A stretch of 59,460 bases of DNA from Pseudomonadota bacterium (GCA_031408275.1 JANNWA010000027.1:1-59460); one strand, 5' to 3'. Shown: positions 15,397 to 27,635, counted from the stretch's first letter. The notes: a model not told the origin generated them from the letters alone. Made by a program: numbers and translations.

Positions 15397-17513
15397 AGAC
15401 ATTGCTGATCCTCGGGATGTCGCTGGCCGGCGTGCTGCTGTTCCTGCTCGCCACGGCCAGTGCCAATACGTCGCTCTTCGCCGAGCACTATTCGCTCCTG
15501 CTGGGGCTCAACGCCGTGCTTGCGGCCGCCCTCCTGGCTCTGGTCGGATATCAGCTTCTTTCGCTGCGCCGCCGGCTCAAGCGGCGCGTATTCGGGTCCC
15601 GCCTCACCCTGCGATTCCTGGTCCTGTTCGCGGCGATCGCGGTAGTGCCGGGCGTGCTTGTCTACACGGTGTCGGTGCAGTTCCTGTCCAAGAGCATCGA
15701 GTCCTGGTTCGACGTGAGCGTGGACAGCGCGTTGGAGGGGGGCATCAAGCTCGGCCAGGCCGCAGTCGACCAGATGCTGGGCGAACTGAGCGTCAAGGCG
15801 CGCGCGATGGCGCTGGAACTCGCCGATCGTTCCGACAGCCAGCAAGTGGTCGCGCTCAACCGCCTGCGCCAGCAGGCCGGGGTGGAGGACGCCGTGGTAG
15901 TCGCTGCCGGCGGCAGGCTCGTCGCCAGCGCGAGCGACAGCCTGTCCCAGCTCGTGCCCGAACTACCCAGCGCCTCCCAATTGCGGCAGGCGCGCAGCAA
16001 CCGCGGCCTGACATTGATCGATGCCCTGCCGGGAAAACCCCTGGGCCTGCGCGCGATTGTGCCGATCTCGGGTTCGGCCATTTCAGATGAAACCCGCTAC
16101 CTGCAGTTGCGCCATCCCGTGCCCGAGGCGCTCTCCAAGAGCGCCGAATCGGTCGAGGCGGTTTACGGGGATTACAAGAAGCTTGCGCTCTCGCGCCAGG
16201 GCCTGAAGCGCAGCTACATCGTCACCCTCACCTTGGCGCTGCTGATGGCGCTGTTTTCCGCGGTGGCGCTGGCGTTCATCCTGTCGGACCGGATGTCGGC
16301 GCCGTTGTCGGAGCTCGCCCAGGCAACCCAGGCTGTGGCACGCGGGGATTTCTCCAAACGCATGCCCGTCACCAGCCGGGATGAGCTGGGCGTGCTTCTC
16401 GAATCGTTCAACAGCATGACGCGGCAGCTCGACGAAGCCCGCCAGGTGGTGGAATCCAACCGCATCCAGCTGGAAACCGCCAAGGCGCGGCTGGAGAACA
16501 TCCTCGCCAACCTGTCGGCGGGGGTGCTGGTGTTCGATCCAGAGCTCAGGTTGTCCATTTTCAACCATGGCGCCGTAGCGATCCTGGGCGGGGAACTGGG
16601 CGCACTGACCGGCAGGGCGCTCGGCGAGTGGGGCGGGTTCGAGTCCTTCGCCGGGCCGGTAGGAGAGGCGTTCGCGGGGCACGGCGACAAGGGCTGGCAG
16701 CTCGAGTTGGTGCTGTCCGGCACCGGCAAGACGTTGCTTGCGCGCGGCACGCCGCTGCCTTCGGGCTATGTGCTCGTGTTCGACGACGTGACGCAGCTCA
16801 TCCAGGCGCAGCGCGCAACGGCCTGGGCGGAGGTCGCCCGCCGCCTCGCCCATGAAATCAAGAATCCGCTGACCCCGATCCAGCTGTCGGCCGAACGGCT
16901 GGAAATGAAGCTGTCGGACAAGCTCGGGCCTGCGGACGCCGAAATCCTCAAACGCGGGACCCAGACGATCGTGAACCAGGTCGCGGCGCTGAAATCGATG
17001 GTCGACGATTTCCGCGACTACGCGCGGCTCCCGGCGCCGGTGCTGGCGCGCCTTGACCTCAATGCGCTGGTCGCCGAGGTGCTGTCGATGTATGAAACCT
17101 CCGGGATCCCGATCCATCGCAAGCTCGCCCCCGGGGTGCCGCAGGTGTTCGCCGATTCCTCGCAGATCCGCCAGGTGCTGCACAACCTGGTCCAGAACGC
17201 GCAGGACGCGCTTGGCGCGGCGAAGGCGCCTGATGCGGCGATCGAGGTGCGCACCGAGCTTGCGGGCAAAGCGGTGCGCCTCGTGGTGAGCGACAACGGG
17301 GACGGGTTCCCGGAGGAACTCATGGCGCGGATCTTCGAACCGTACGTCACGACGAAAGCACGCGGCACGGGCCTGGGACTCGCCATCGTCAAGAAAATCG
17401 TCTCCGAGCACCACGGGGAGATTGCAATCGAGAACCGCCCGCACAGCGGTGCGTCCGTAACCATCCTGTTGCCCGTGTCCGACGGCGGCAGCGCCTCGGC
17501 GAAGGCCGCCTGA
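15393..17513 (+). CDS. ntrY: NtrY-like sensor histidine kinase (multi-TM, HAMP, PAS, HisKA, HATPase)
   Basis: 706 aa. N-terminal TM helices, H-box HEIKNPLTPIQLSAERL, N/G boxes NLVQNAQDA, DNGDGF, GTGLGLAIV. Confidence 0.85.
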   Translation: MKTLLILGMSLAGVLLFLLATASANTSLFAEHYSLLLGLNAVLAAALLALVGYQLLSLRRRLKRRVFGSRLTLRFLVLFAAIAVVPGVLVYTVSVQFLSKSIESWFDVSVDSALEGGIKLGQAAVDQMLGELSVKARAMALELADRSDSQQVVALNRLRQQAGVEDAVVVAAGGRLVASASDSLSQLVPELPSASQLRQARSNRGLTLIDALPGKPLGLRAIVPISGSAISDETRYLQLRHPVPEALSKSAESVEAVYGDYKKLALSRQGLKRSYIVTLTLALLMALFSAVALAFILSDRMSAPLSELAQATQAVARGDFSKRMPVTSRDELGVLLESFNSMTRQLDEARQVVESNRIQLETAKARLENILANLSAGVLVFDPELRLSIFNHGAVAILGGELGALTGRALGEWGGFESFAGPVGEAFAGHGDKGWQLELVLSGTGKTLLARGTPLPSGYVLVFDDVTQLIQAQRATAWAEVARRLAHEIKNPLTPIQLSAERLEMKLSDKLGPADAEILKRGTQTIVNQVAALKSMVDDFRDYARLPAPVLARLDLNALVAEVLSMYETSGIPIHRKLAPGVPQVFADSSQIRQVLHNLVQNAQDALGAAKAPDAAIEVRTELAGKAVRLVVSDNGDGFPEELMARIFEPYVTTKARGTGLGLAIVKKIVSEHHGEIAIENRPHSGASVTILLPVSDGGSASAKAA

Positions 17514-17520
17514 GAATCCC

Positions 17521-18768
17521 ATGGCCCAGATCCTGGTCGTCGACGACGAAATCGGCATTCGCGAGTTGCTTGCGGAAATCCTGGCCGATGAGGGCCACCA
17601 GGTATTGCTCGCCGAAAATGCAGGGGCCGCGCGGCGAATGCGCGGAGCCCAGCGGCCCGACCTTGTGCTGCTCGATATCTGGATGCCCGATACGGACGGC
17701 ATCACGCTGCTGAAGGAGTGGGCCGCGAACGGGCAGCTCACGATGCCGGTGGTCATGATGTCCGGGCACGGGACGATCGAAACCGCGGTCGAGGCGACGC
17801 GCAGCGGAGCGCAGGACTACCTCGAGAAGCCGATAGCGCTGCAGCGCCTGCTCGCCACGGTCAAGCGCGCCCTGCGCAACCAGGACGCACCCGTTCCCCG
17901 GCGACTCTCGCTCGCGGCGCTGGGCCGTTCGACGGCGCTGGCGGATCTCAAGAAACGGCTGGCGCAGCTCGCGCAGGTCGGCGCGCCGCTGCTGCTGCGC
18001 GGCGAGCGCGGCATGCAGGCGGAAATGTTCGTCCGGCACCTGCTTTTGGCCGGCGCGCCGTTTGTCGCCGGCATCGAGGCTCTGAACGAGCCGCCCTCGG
18101 AAGTGCTTGCCCGCGCCGCAGGCGGGATCCTTTTCGTCTCCGACCTTACGCGCCTGTCGCGCAGCGAGCAGAAGAACCTCGATTTCCTCCTGGTGCGGGC
18201 AGACAAGCACAAGGCGCGTGTGGTGTCCTTTTCGCCGGTGGAACCGCAGCGCCTCGTGTCCGAGCACGATTTCGACGCCGATCTTGCAATGAGGCTGTCC
18301 GAGCTCGTCATCGCGCTGCCGGCAGTGCGGGAGTTTTCCGAAGAAGTGCCCGACATCGCGGCCCTGGAACTCGCGCAGCTGGTCGAGGGGCGCATATGCC
18401 CGCCGCGCCGGTTCTCGACGGCGGCCCTGAATGCGCTCCGCCAGCACGCCTGGCCGGGCAACCTCGCGCAGCTCGGCGCGGCGGTCAAGAGCCTTGCGCT
18501 CACCGCACTGGAGGAAGAGGTCCACCTGGCCGACGTGGAGCGCGTGCTGGCCGCGCATTCCGCGCCTGCCTCCGCCGGGGAACTGCCGCTCGACCAGCCG
18601 TATCGCGAGGCGCGCGACGCGTTCGAGCGGTTGTATTTCGAGTACCAGCTGGCGCGCGAGAACGGCAGCATGGCGCGCGTGGCCGAACGGGCCGGGCTCG
18701 AGCGCACCCACCTGTACCGCAAGCTGAAGGCCCTCGGCCTGCCGGTCGGGCGCCGCGAGGAAGGCTGA
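17521..18768 (+). CDS. ntrX: NtrX-like response regulator (receiver, degenerate AAA+ central domain, Fis-type HTH)
   Basis: Receiver: ILVVDDE...LLDIWMPDTDG...EKP. The central domain aligns to sigma-54 activators, but the Walker A position reads GERGMQAE and no GAFTGA is seen. The C-terminal HTH is MARVAERAGLERTHLYRKLKALG. Confidence 0.8.
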   Translation: MAQILVVDDEIGIRELLAEILADEGHQVLLAENAGAARRMRGAQRPDLVLLDIWMPDTDGITLLKEWAANGQLTMPVVMMSGHGTIETAVEATRSGAQDYLEKPIALQRLLATVKRALRNQDAPVPRRLSLAALGRSTALADLKKRLAQLAQVGAPLLLRGERGMQAEMFVRHLLLAGAPFVAGIEALNEPPSEVLARAAGGILFVSDLTRLSRSEQKNLDFLLVRADKHKARVVSFSPVEPQRLVSEHDFDADLAMRLSELVIALPAVREFSEEVPDIAALELAQLVEGRICPPRRFSTAALNALRQHAWPGNLAQLGAAVKSLALTALEEEVHLADVERVLAAHSAPASAGELPLDQPYREARDAFERLYFEYQLARENGSMARVAERAGLERTHLYRKLKALGLPVGRREEG

Positions 18769-18775
18769 AGAACGG

Positions 18776-19153
18776 ATGGCGCTGATTCCCGTGCACATCG
18801 TTGCCGGTGCGACGGGTTCGGGCAAGACCTCCCTGATTGCCAGGCTGTGTGCGGAGCGGCTCGACTGGCTCGGGTTGGTGAACGCCCTGCCCCCCGGTCG
18901 CGGGCCTGGCGTGCGGCTGTTTTCCGCCGGGTGCCCGTGCTGCACGGGCAAAGTCGTGCTGCAGGTCTCGCTCGCGCGCGCCTTGCGGGAAACCCGCGCG
19001 GTGCGCGCGTTCGTGGAAGTGGCCGACCCGGGGCACGCGTTGGCGCTCGAGCGCTCCCTTGGCGAGATGCCCTTCAGCCTTTCGGTGGCCTGTGCCGGAT
19101 CGATCATGATGCCTGCGGGGGCCGGGTTGACGGCCGCCGGGTTCGAACCCTGA
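18776..19153 (+). CDS. Short COG0523/CobW-like P-loop protein (truncated G3E GTPase-like)
   Basis: 125 aa: IPVHIVAGATGSGKTSLIARL (Walker A), GCPCC (CxCC-type motif), FVEVADPGH (resembles ETTGLADP). It starts 8 nt after the ntrX stop. Coding status is supported only by these motifs. Confidence 0.5.
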   Translation: MALIPVHIVAGATGSGKTSLIARLCAERLDWLGLVNALPPGRGPGVRLFSAGCPCCTGKVVLQVSLARALRETRAVRAFVEVADPGHALALERSLGEMPFSLSVACAGSIMMPAGAGLTAAGFEP

Positions 19154-19220
19154 GGGATTTCGGCGTTGGCAAGCGCAGCGGCGCTCGCTATCATGGCACC
19201 GTTTGCACGGTAGAAAACCC

Positions 19221-20675
19221 ATGCTGCTCCAGCTTGTCATCCTCTACCTCATCGTCTCCATCGGCATCGGCCTGTATGCCGCGACGAAGGTCAAGAACTC
19301 CACGGATTTCGTGGTGGCCGGCCGCCACCTGCCGTTGCCGTTCATCGTGGCCACGGTGTTCGCTACCTGGTTCGGCTCCGAAACCGTCCTCGGCATCCCC
19401 GCCAAGTTCCTGAACGATGGGCTGAAGGGGGTCGTCGCCGATCCGTTCGGCTCGTCGATGTGCCTGATCTTCGTCGGCCTGTTCTTCGCTCGCCCGCTGT
19501 ACCGGATGGGATTGCTCACGATCGGCGACTACTACCGCGCACGCTACAACCGGACCGTGGAACTGGCCGCCGCGATCTGCATCGTGATCTCGTACCTGGG
19601 CTGGGTCTCGGCGCAGGTGACGGCGCTCGGTCTCGTGTTCAACGTGCTGACCGACGGCGCGCTGGCCCCCTGGCAGGGCATGGTGATCGGCGTGGCCATC
19701 GTGCTGGTCTATACGCTGGCCGGGGGCATGTTCTCGGTGGCCTTCACGGATCTCTTCCAGATGCTGATCATCGGCGTGGGGATGATCTACATCGCCGTGG
19801 TCGTCTCGGGCATGGCCGGGGGCGCCGGCGTGGTTGTGGAGCACGCCCGGGCGGCGGGCAAGCTCGAGTTCTGGCCCGGCCTTGAGCCGCGCGACGTGAT
19901 CGCCTTCGCCGCGGCGTGGATGACCATGGCGCTCGGCTCGATCCCGCAGCAGGACGTGTTCCAGCGTGTCAGCGCGGCCAAGAACGAAAACACCGCGGCC
20001 ATCGGTTCGGTGATGGGCGGCAGCCTTTACTTCTTCTTCGCGTTCGTGCCCATGTTCCTCGCCTACTCGGCCAGCCTGATCGACCCGAAGATGGTGACCG
20101 ACCTGCTCGCCAAGGATTCGCAGTACATCCTGCCCCGGCTGATCCTCGACCACGCGCCGTTCGCCGTGCAAGTCATGTTCTTCGGCGCACTGTTGGCGGC
20201 GATCCTGTCGTGTTCGTCGGCCACGCTGCTCGCGCCGTCGGTCACCTTCGCCGAGAACGTGCTGCGCGACTTCTTCCCCAACATCACCGACGACCAGTTC
20301 CTGCGCATGCTTAGGATCGTGGTGCTCGTGTTCGCGTTGGGGGTGCTCGTGTTCGCGATGACCTCCAATTCGACGATCTACGGCATGGTAGAGAATGCTT
20401 ACAAGATCACTCTGGTGGCGGCGTTCACGCCGCTGGCGTTCGGGTTGTACTGGAAGCGCGCCACCACACAGGGCGCGGCGGCGGCGATGCTGTTGGGGCT
20501 TGGCACCTGGATTTCGCTCGAGCTGGTCGCGCCAGAAGGCTTCTTCCCGCCCCAGTTCGCCGGGCTGATCGCGGCGATCTGCGGCATGGTGGCCGGATCC
20601 CTGCTGCCGCAGCGGTATGGCGTCGTGCGCCATGCGGGCACACACCAAACCAGCCATCCGCGCGCTAATTCCTAG
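19221..20675 (+). CDS. Sodium:solute symporter family transporter
   Basis: 484 aa from ATG 19221, polytopic. SSF-type N-terminus: LYAATKVKNSTDFVVAGRHLPLPFIVATVFATWFGSETVLG. Confidence 0.85.
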   Translation: MLLQLVILYLIVSIGIGLYAATKVKNSTDFVVAGRHLPLPFIVATVFATWFGSETVLGIPAKFLNDGLKGVVADPFGSSMCLIFVGLFFARPLYRMGLLTIGDYYRARYNRTVELAAAICIVISYLGWVSAQVTALGLVFNVLTDGALAPWQGMVIGVAIVLVYTLAGGMFSVAFTDLFQMLIIGVGMIYIAVVVSGMAGGAGVVVEHARAAGKLEFWPGLEPRDVIAFAAAWMTMALGSIPQQDVFQRVSAAKNENTAAIGSVMGGSLYFFFAFVPMFLAYSASLIDPKMVTDLLAKDSQYILPRLILDHAPFAVQVMFFGALLAAILSCSSATLLAPSVTFAENVLRDFFPNITDDQFLRMLRIVVLVFALGVLVFAMTSNSTIYGMVENAYKITLVAAFTPLAFGLYWKRATTQGAAAAMLLGLGTWISLELVAPEGFFPPQFAGLIAAICGMVAGSLLPQRYGVVRHAGTHQTSHPRANS

Positions 20676-20743
20676 ACTTTCATTGTATAAACCCTAGTAT
20701 GGGAGCCTCTATCCTGTCAATTTATGTACTGGTATAAGTACTT

Positions 20744-21127
20744 TTACGGCGTGCGAAGCACGGCCCACGCGAATGCGCCCCAGCCCAGGATGAACGCGCT
20801 GCCGCCGATCGGGGCGACCGCCCCGAGCCACTTCTCGCCCGTCAGCGCCAGCGCGTAAAGGCTCCCCGAAAAAAACAGTATCCCCGCACCCATCAACCAG
20901 CCGGATGCGCGCAGGACCGCTCCATCCGGCAGGTGGAAGAATGCCAGCCCGACCAGCACGAGGCCCAACGCGTGATAGAAGTGATACTGCACTCCCGTTT
21001 GGTACACGGCGAGCATTTCCGGGGAAAGGCGCCCTTTGAGCCCATGCGCCCCGAAAGCGCCGATCGCGACCGCGGCCAGCGCCAGCAGGCTGCCAGCGGA
21101 CAGGAACAGCTTTGCGCCAGCCGGCAT
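20744..21127 (-). CDS. DUF423 (YgdD-like) small membrane protein
   Basis: 127 aa from ATG 21127, four TM helices, motif AIGAFGAHGLKGRL...YHALGLV. The track ORF extension overlaps the metH 3' end. Confidence 0.8.
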   Translation of the reverse strand: MPAGAKLFLSAGSLLALAAVAIGAFGAHGLKGRLSPEMLAVYQTGVQYHFYHALGLVLVGLAFFHLPDGAVLRASGWLMGAGILFFSGSLYALALTGEKWLGAVAPIGGSAFILGWGAFAWAVLRTP

Positions 21128-21134
21128 GAAATCG

Positions 21135-24863
<3,729 letters not shown>

Positions 24864-25050
24864 GACAGGGACTCCAGAAAACAAAAAACCCGCTCAGCTT
24901 GCGCCAGAAACGGGTTACGGCCCTCGTCTCTTTAGCTGGATTTGTTTGTCCGGCAAATGCTTCTTGCCGGGCGCCCGCAAGCTGAACCTCAAATCGGCGC
25001 CAACGCGCGAATTAGCGCGTTCCTTTTCTTGCGCGCTGATGCGCGCGTAA
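24864..25050 (-). promoter_or_regulatory. Structured 5' leader of metH with a terminator-like hairpin (candidate attenuator or riboswitch, class unassigned)
   Basis: Elements on the minus-strand RNA:
- Hairpin at 25031-25046: GCGCGC, 4-nt loop, GCGCGC.
- Hairpin at 25002-25021: AACGCGC, 6-nt loop, GCGCGTT.
- Hairpin at 24950-24970: CCGGCAA, 7-nt loop, TTGCCGG.
- A perfect 10-bp long-range pair between 24976-24985 and 24894-24903.
- Hairpin at 24887-24916, AACCCG...CGGGTT, followed by TTTTTTGTTTT just before the RBS. Confidence 0.35.
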
Positions 25051-25147
25051 ATGCAGGCGATATTGTCCCTGTAGCCGCAGGGACGTGTCAACCGCGCACG
25101 TATAATGGGAAAGCGTGCCGCAGCGCTCCTTCCCGCGGACATTCCCG

Positions 25148-26440
25148 ATGGCCCGACCCGACCCCGCGCATTTTCCGCCGATACGCCTTGCCTTGGCCGT
25201 CTGGGGGCTGGGCGCGGGCCTGTACCTGATCGGCTTTTTTCAGCGGGTTGCGCCCGCCGTCATCACGCACGAGCTGATGGCGGAGTTCGCGCTCTCGGCC
25301 ATGGCGCTCGGCAACCTGTCGGCGCTGTACTTCTACACCTATGTGGCCATCCAGATTCCGACGGGCGTGTTGGTCGACCACTGGGGCCCGCGGCGCGTGC
25401 TGGCCGCAGGTGGACTGCTTGCGGCGGTGGGCACACTGATGTTTTCCCAAGCGCCCGGCTACGGCCTGGTCGGTGTGGGGCGGCTGTTCGTGGGCGCGGG
25501 GGTGGGCGTGGCGTTCGTGGCCATGCTCAAGCTCGCGACCCACTGGATCCAGCCCTCCCGCTTCGGGCTGGTCTCCGGGCTTGCGCTCGCGTGCGGGAGC
25601 CTCGGGGGGATCTCGGCGGGGGTGCCGTTGCGCATGGCCGTGGATGCATTCGGCTGGCGCTGGGTGATGCTGGCGGCCGCCATCTTGACCGCGATGCTGG
25701 CTGTGGCGACCTGGCTGTTCGTGCGCGACGACCCGCGCGAACGCGGCTATCGCAGCTATTCGAGCGCGGTGTCCGGCGCGCGGCCGCCGCACTCGATGCT
25801 CGGCGGCATTCGCGAAGTGTTCCGGTATCGCAACGTCTGGCTGATCTTCATCGGATGCGGTGCCATTACCGGGCCGATGCTCGCTTTCGGAGGGTTGTGG
25901 GGCGTGCCCTTCCTGGTTTCGCAATATGGTCTCACCACCGGCCGTGCGGCGTTCGTCACTTCCGTGATGCTGGTTGCATGGGCGGTGGGCAGCCCGATCG
26001 CAGGGGCGTTGTCCGATCGCCTGCGGCGCAGGAAACTGCCGCTCGTCGTCGGCGGCGCCATTGCTGCGATGTTGTGGGGGGTTCTCATCTACGTGCCGGG
26101 CCTGCCGTATTCGCTCCTGCTAGCGCTCATGGTCGGGCTCGGTCTGTCATCCGGAGTCGTGGTGATCGGGTTCGCCTTCAGCAAGGAATCGGCGCCCGCG
26201 GCGCTCGCGGGGACGGTCTCCGGAGTTGCGAACATGGGCAACATGCTGGGCGGCATGGCGATGCAGCCGCTGATCGGCTGGCTGCTCGACCGCGTCTGGG
26301 ACGGAACCATGTCAGGGGAGGTGCGCACTTACAGCTTTTCGGCTTACTCGGCAGGATTCAGCCTGATGCTCGCCTGGCTGGTCGCGGGGCTTGCGGCATT
26401 CGCGTTTGCGCGCGAAACACATGCGAAACAGGCGGCTTGA
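25148..26440 (+). CDS. MFS transporter
   Basis: Twelve-TM-like hydrophobic profile with an MFS loop motif (LVDHWGPRRVL). The start is either GTG 25115 or ATG 25148. A TATAAT at 25101-25106 favours the downstream ATG. Confidence 0.85.
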   Translation: MARPDPAHFPPIRLALAVWGLGAGLYLIGFFQRVAPAVITHELMAEFALSAMALGNLSALYFYTYVAIQIPTGVLVDHWGPRRVLAAGGLLAAVGTLMFSQAPGYGLVGVGRLFVGAGVGVAFVAMLKLATHWIQPSRFGLVSGLALACGSLGGISAGVPLRMAVDAFGWRWVMLAAAILTAMLAVATWLFVRDDPRERGYRSYSSAVSGARPPHSMLGGIREVFRYRNVWLIFIGCGAITGPMLAFGGLWGVPFLVSQYGLTTGRAAFVTSVMLVAWAVGSPIAGALSDRLRRRKLPLVVGGAIAAMLWGVLIYVPGLPYSLLLALMVGLGLSSGVVVIGFAFSKESAPAALAGTVSGVANMGNMLGGMAMQPLIGWLLDRVWDGTMSGEVRTYSFSAYSAGFSLMLAWLVAGLAAFAFARETHAKQAA

Positions 26441-26472
26441 CGCACGCTGAACCGGCGCATCATCATGCCTTC

Positions 26473-26916
26473 ATGCCATCCGAAGAAAACGATTTTCCAT
26501 CGATCACCGGCCGCTTTGCATGCGAAGTGCAGTGGGGCGATTGCGACCCAGCCGGAATCATTTTCTACCCGACGTACTTTCGGTGGTTCGACGCGGCGAG
26601 CTGGGCTTTTTTCGCCTCGGTGGGCTATACGGCCCGTCGCTTGCGCGCCGAAGGCCGGGCGCTGCCGTTGGTCGGCGCCGAGAGCCAGTTCATCCATCCA
26701 GCCGGGCAGGCGGACCGCTGCGAAGTCCGCTCGAGGATCGCGCGCTTCGGGGGCAAGTCCTTTGTCGTCGCCCATGAGGTGGTGAGATCGGACGCAACGG
26801 TGATGGCCACAGGCTCGGAGACCCGCGTTTGGAGCCGGCATGTCGATGGTCCGGGTTCGCCCATGAAAGGCGAGATAATCGGCGACGAACTGAAATCCCT
26901 GTTTAGATCGAAATAA
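26473..26916 (+). CDS. Hotdog-fold acyl-CoA thioesterase (4HBT/YbgC-like)
   Basis: 147 aa: VQWGDCDPAGIIFYPTYFRWFDAASW...VVAHEV, typical of 4-hydroxybenzoyl-CoA thioesterase-type hotdog proteins. It is the C-terminal part of a 603-aa composite track ORF. Confidence 0.8.
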   Translation: MPSEENDFPSITGRFACEVQWGDCDPAGIIFYPTYFRWFDAASWAFFASVGYTARRLRAEGRALPLVGAESQFIHPAGQADRCEVRSRIARFGGKSFVVAHEVVRSDATVMATGSETRVWSRHVDGPGSPMKGEIIGDELKSLFRSK

Positions 26917-26943
26917 TCTGGATTTCCAGAGAGGAGTAACACA

Positions 26944-27633
26944 ATGTCCGCACGGGACCGCATGGAAATCGATCCGCCCTACGATTTTCCCGGATACAAG
27001 AGCACCGCGCTGCGCGCGCCCAAGCAGCCGCTGATCCGTGTCGCGCCTCATCCCCTCGAAATCGCCGGCCCCTCGTTCAGCCGCAGCTTCGCGAAGGAAT
27101 CCGAGGCCGACCTCACCACCTGGGGCAAGAGCGCCCCGCTCGGCGAAAAGATTATCCTGGTCGGCCGAGTGCTCGACGAGGACGGCAAGCCCGTGCGCAA
27201 TTCGTTGCTCGAGCTCTGGCAGTGCAACTCCTCGGGCCGCTATGCCCACCCGGTCGACCAGCACAATGCCCCGCTGGACCCGAATTTCCTCGGCCAGGGC
27301 AAGGTGCTCACCGGCGACGATGGCCAATACCGGTTCGTCACGATCAAGCCCGGGGCCTACCCGTGGAGGAACCACCCCTGGGCATGGCGACCGGCGCACA
27401 TCCACCTGTCGTTGTTCGGCAACGCCTACTCGCAGCGGATCATCACGCAGATGTTCTTCCCGGCCGACCCGCTGTTGCCGATCGATCCGATCTTCAACAG
27501 CGTGCCCGATCCCGCCGCCAGGCAGCGCATGGTGTGCACGCTCGACCTCGAGCAGGGCATCGAGGAGGAAGCGCTCGGCTACCGGTTCGACATCGTCTTG
27601 CGCGGGGCGAACGCCACCCCGATGGGAGTCTGA
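26944..27633 (+). CDS. pcaH: Protocatechuate 3,4-dioxygenase beta subunit
   Basis: 229 aa: LELWQCNSSGRYAHPVDQH...YPWRNHPWAWRPAHIHLSLFG, with intradiol dioxygenase Tyr/His ligand contexts. Confidence 0.9.
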   Translation: MSARDRMEIDPPYDFPGYKSTALRAPKQPLIRVAPHPLEIAGPSFSRSFAKESEADLTTWGKSAPLGEKIILVGRVLDEDGKPVRNSLLELWQCNSSGRYAHPVDQHNAPLDPNFLGQGKVLTGDDGQYRFVTIKPGAYPWRNHPWAWRPAHIHLSLFGNAYSQRIITQMFFPADPLLPIDPIFNSVPDPAARQRMVCTLDLEQGIEEEALGYRFDIVLRGANATPMGV

Positions 27634-27635
27634 CC

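Noticed and set aside
16083-19194. 557-aa and 601-aa minus-strand ORFs
   Set aside because: They are antisense to the NtrY-like kinase, the NtrX-like regulator and the small P-loop gene. The sequence is low-complexity and Arg/Pro/Gly-rich, with no domain signatures.
19191-20657. 488-aa minus-strand ORF
   Set aside because: It is antisense to the sodium:solute symporter. It is His/Arg/Asp-rich, while the plus-strand frame has a clean polytopic membrane profile.
24864-25050. Calling the metH leader an SAH riboswitch
   Set aside because: I could not find the conserved SAH-element strings as I remember them (GAGGAGCGCUGC... and ...AACGGCGCUCA). The structure is reported only as an unclassified candidate.
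25105-26472. Long alternative-frame ORF (603 aa) running across the MFS transporter gene
   Set aside because: Only its last 147 aa, the hotdog thioesterase, look like a real protein. The upstream part is an Arg/Gly-rich out-of-frame read of the MFS gene.
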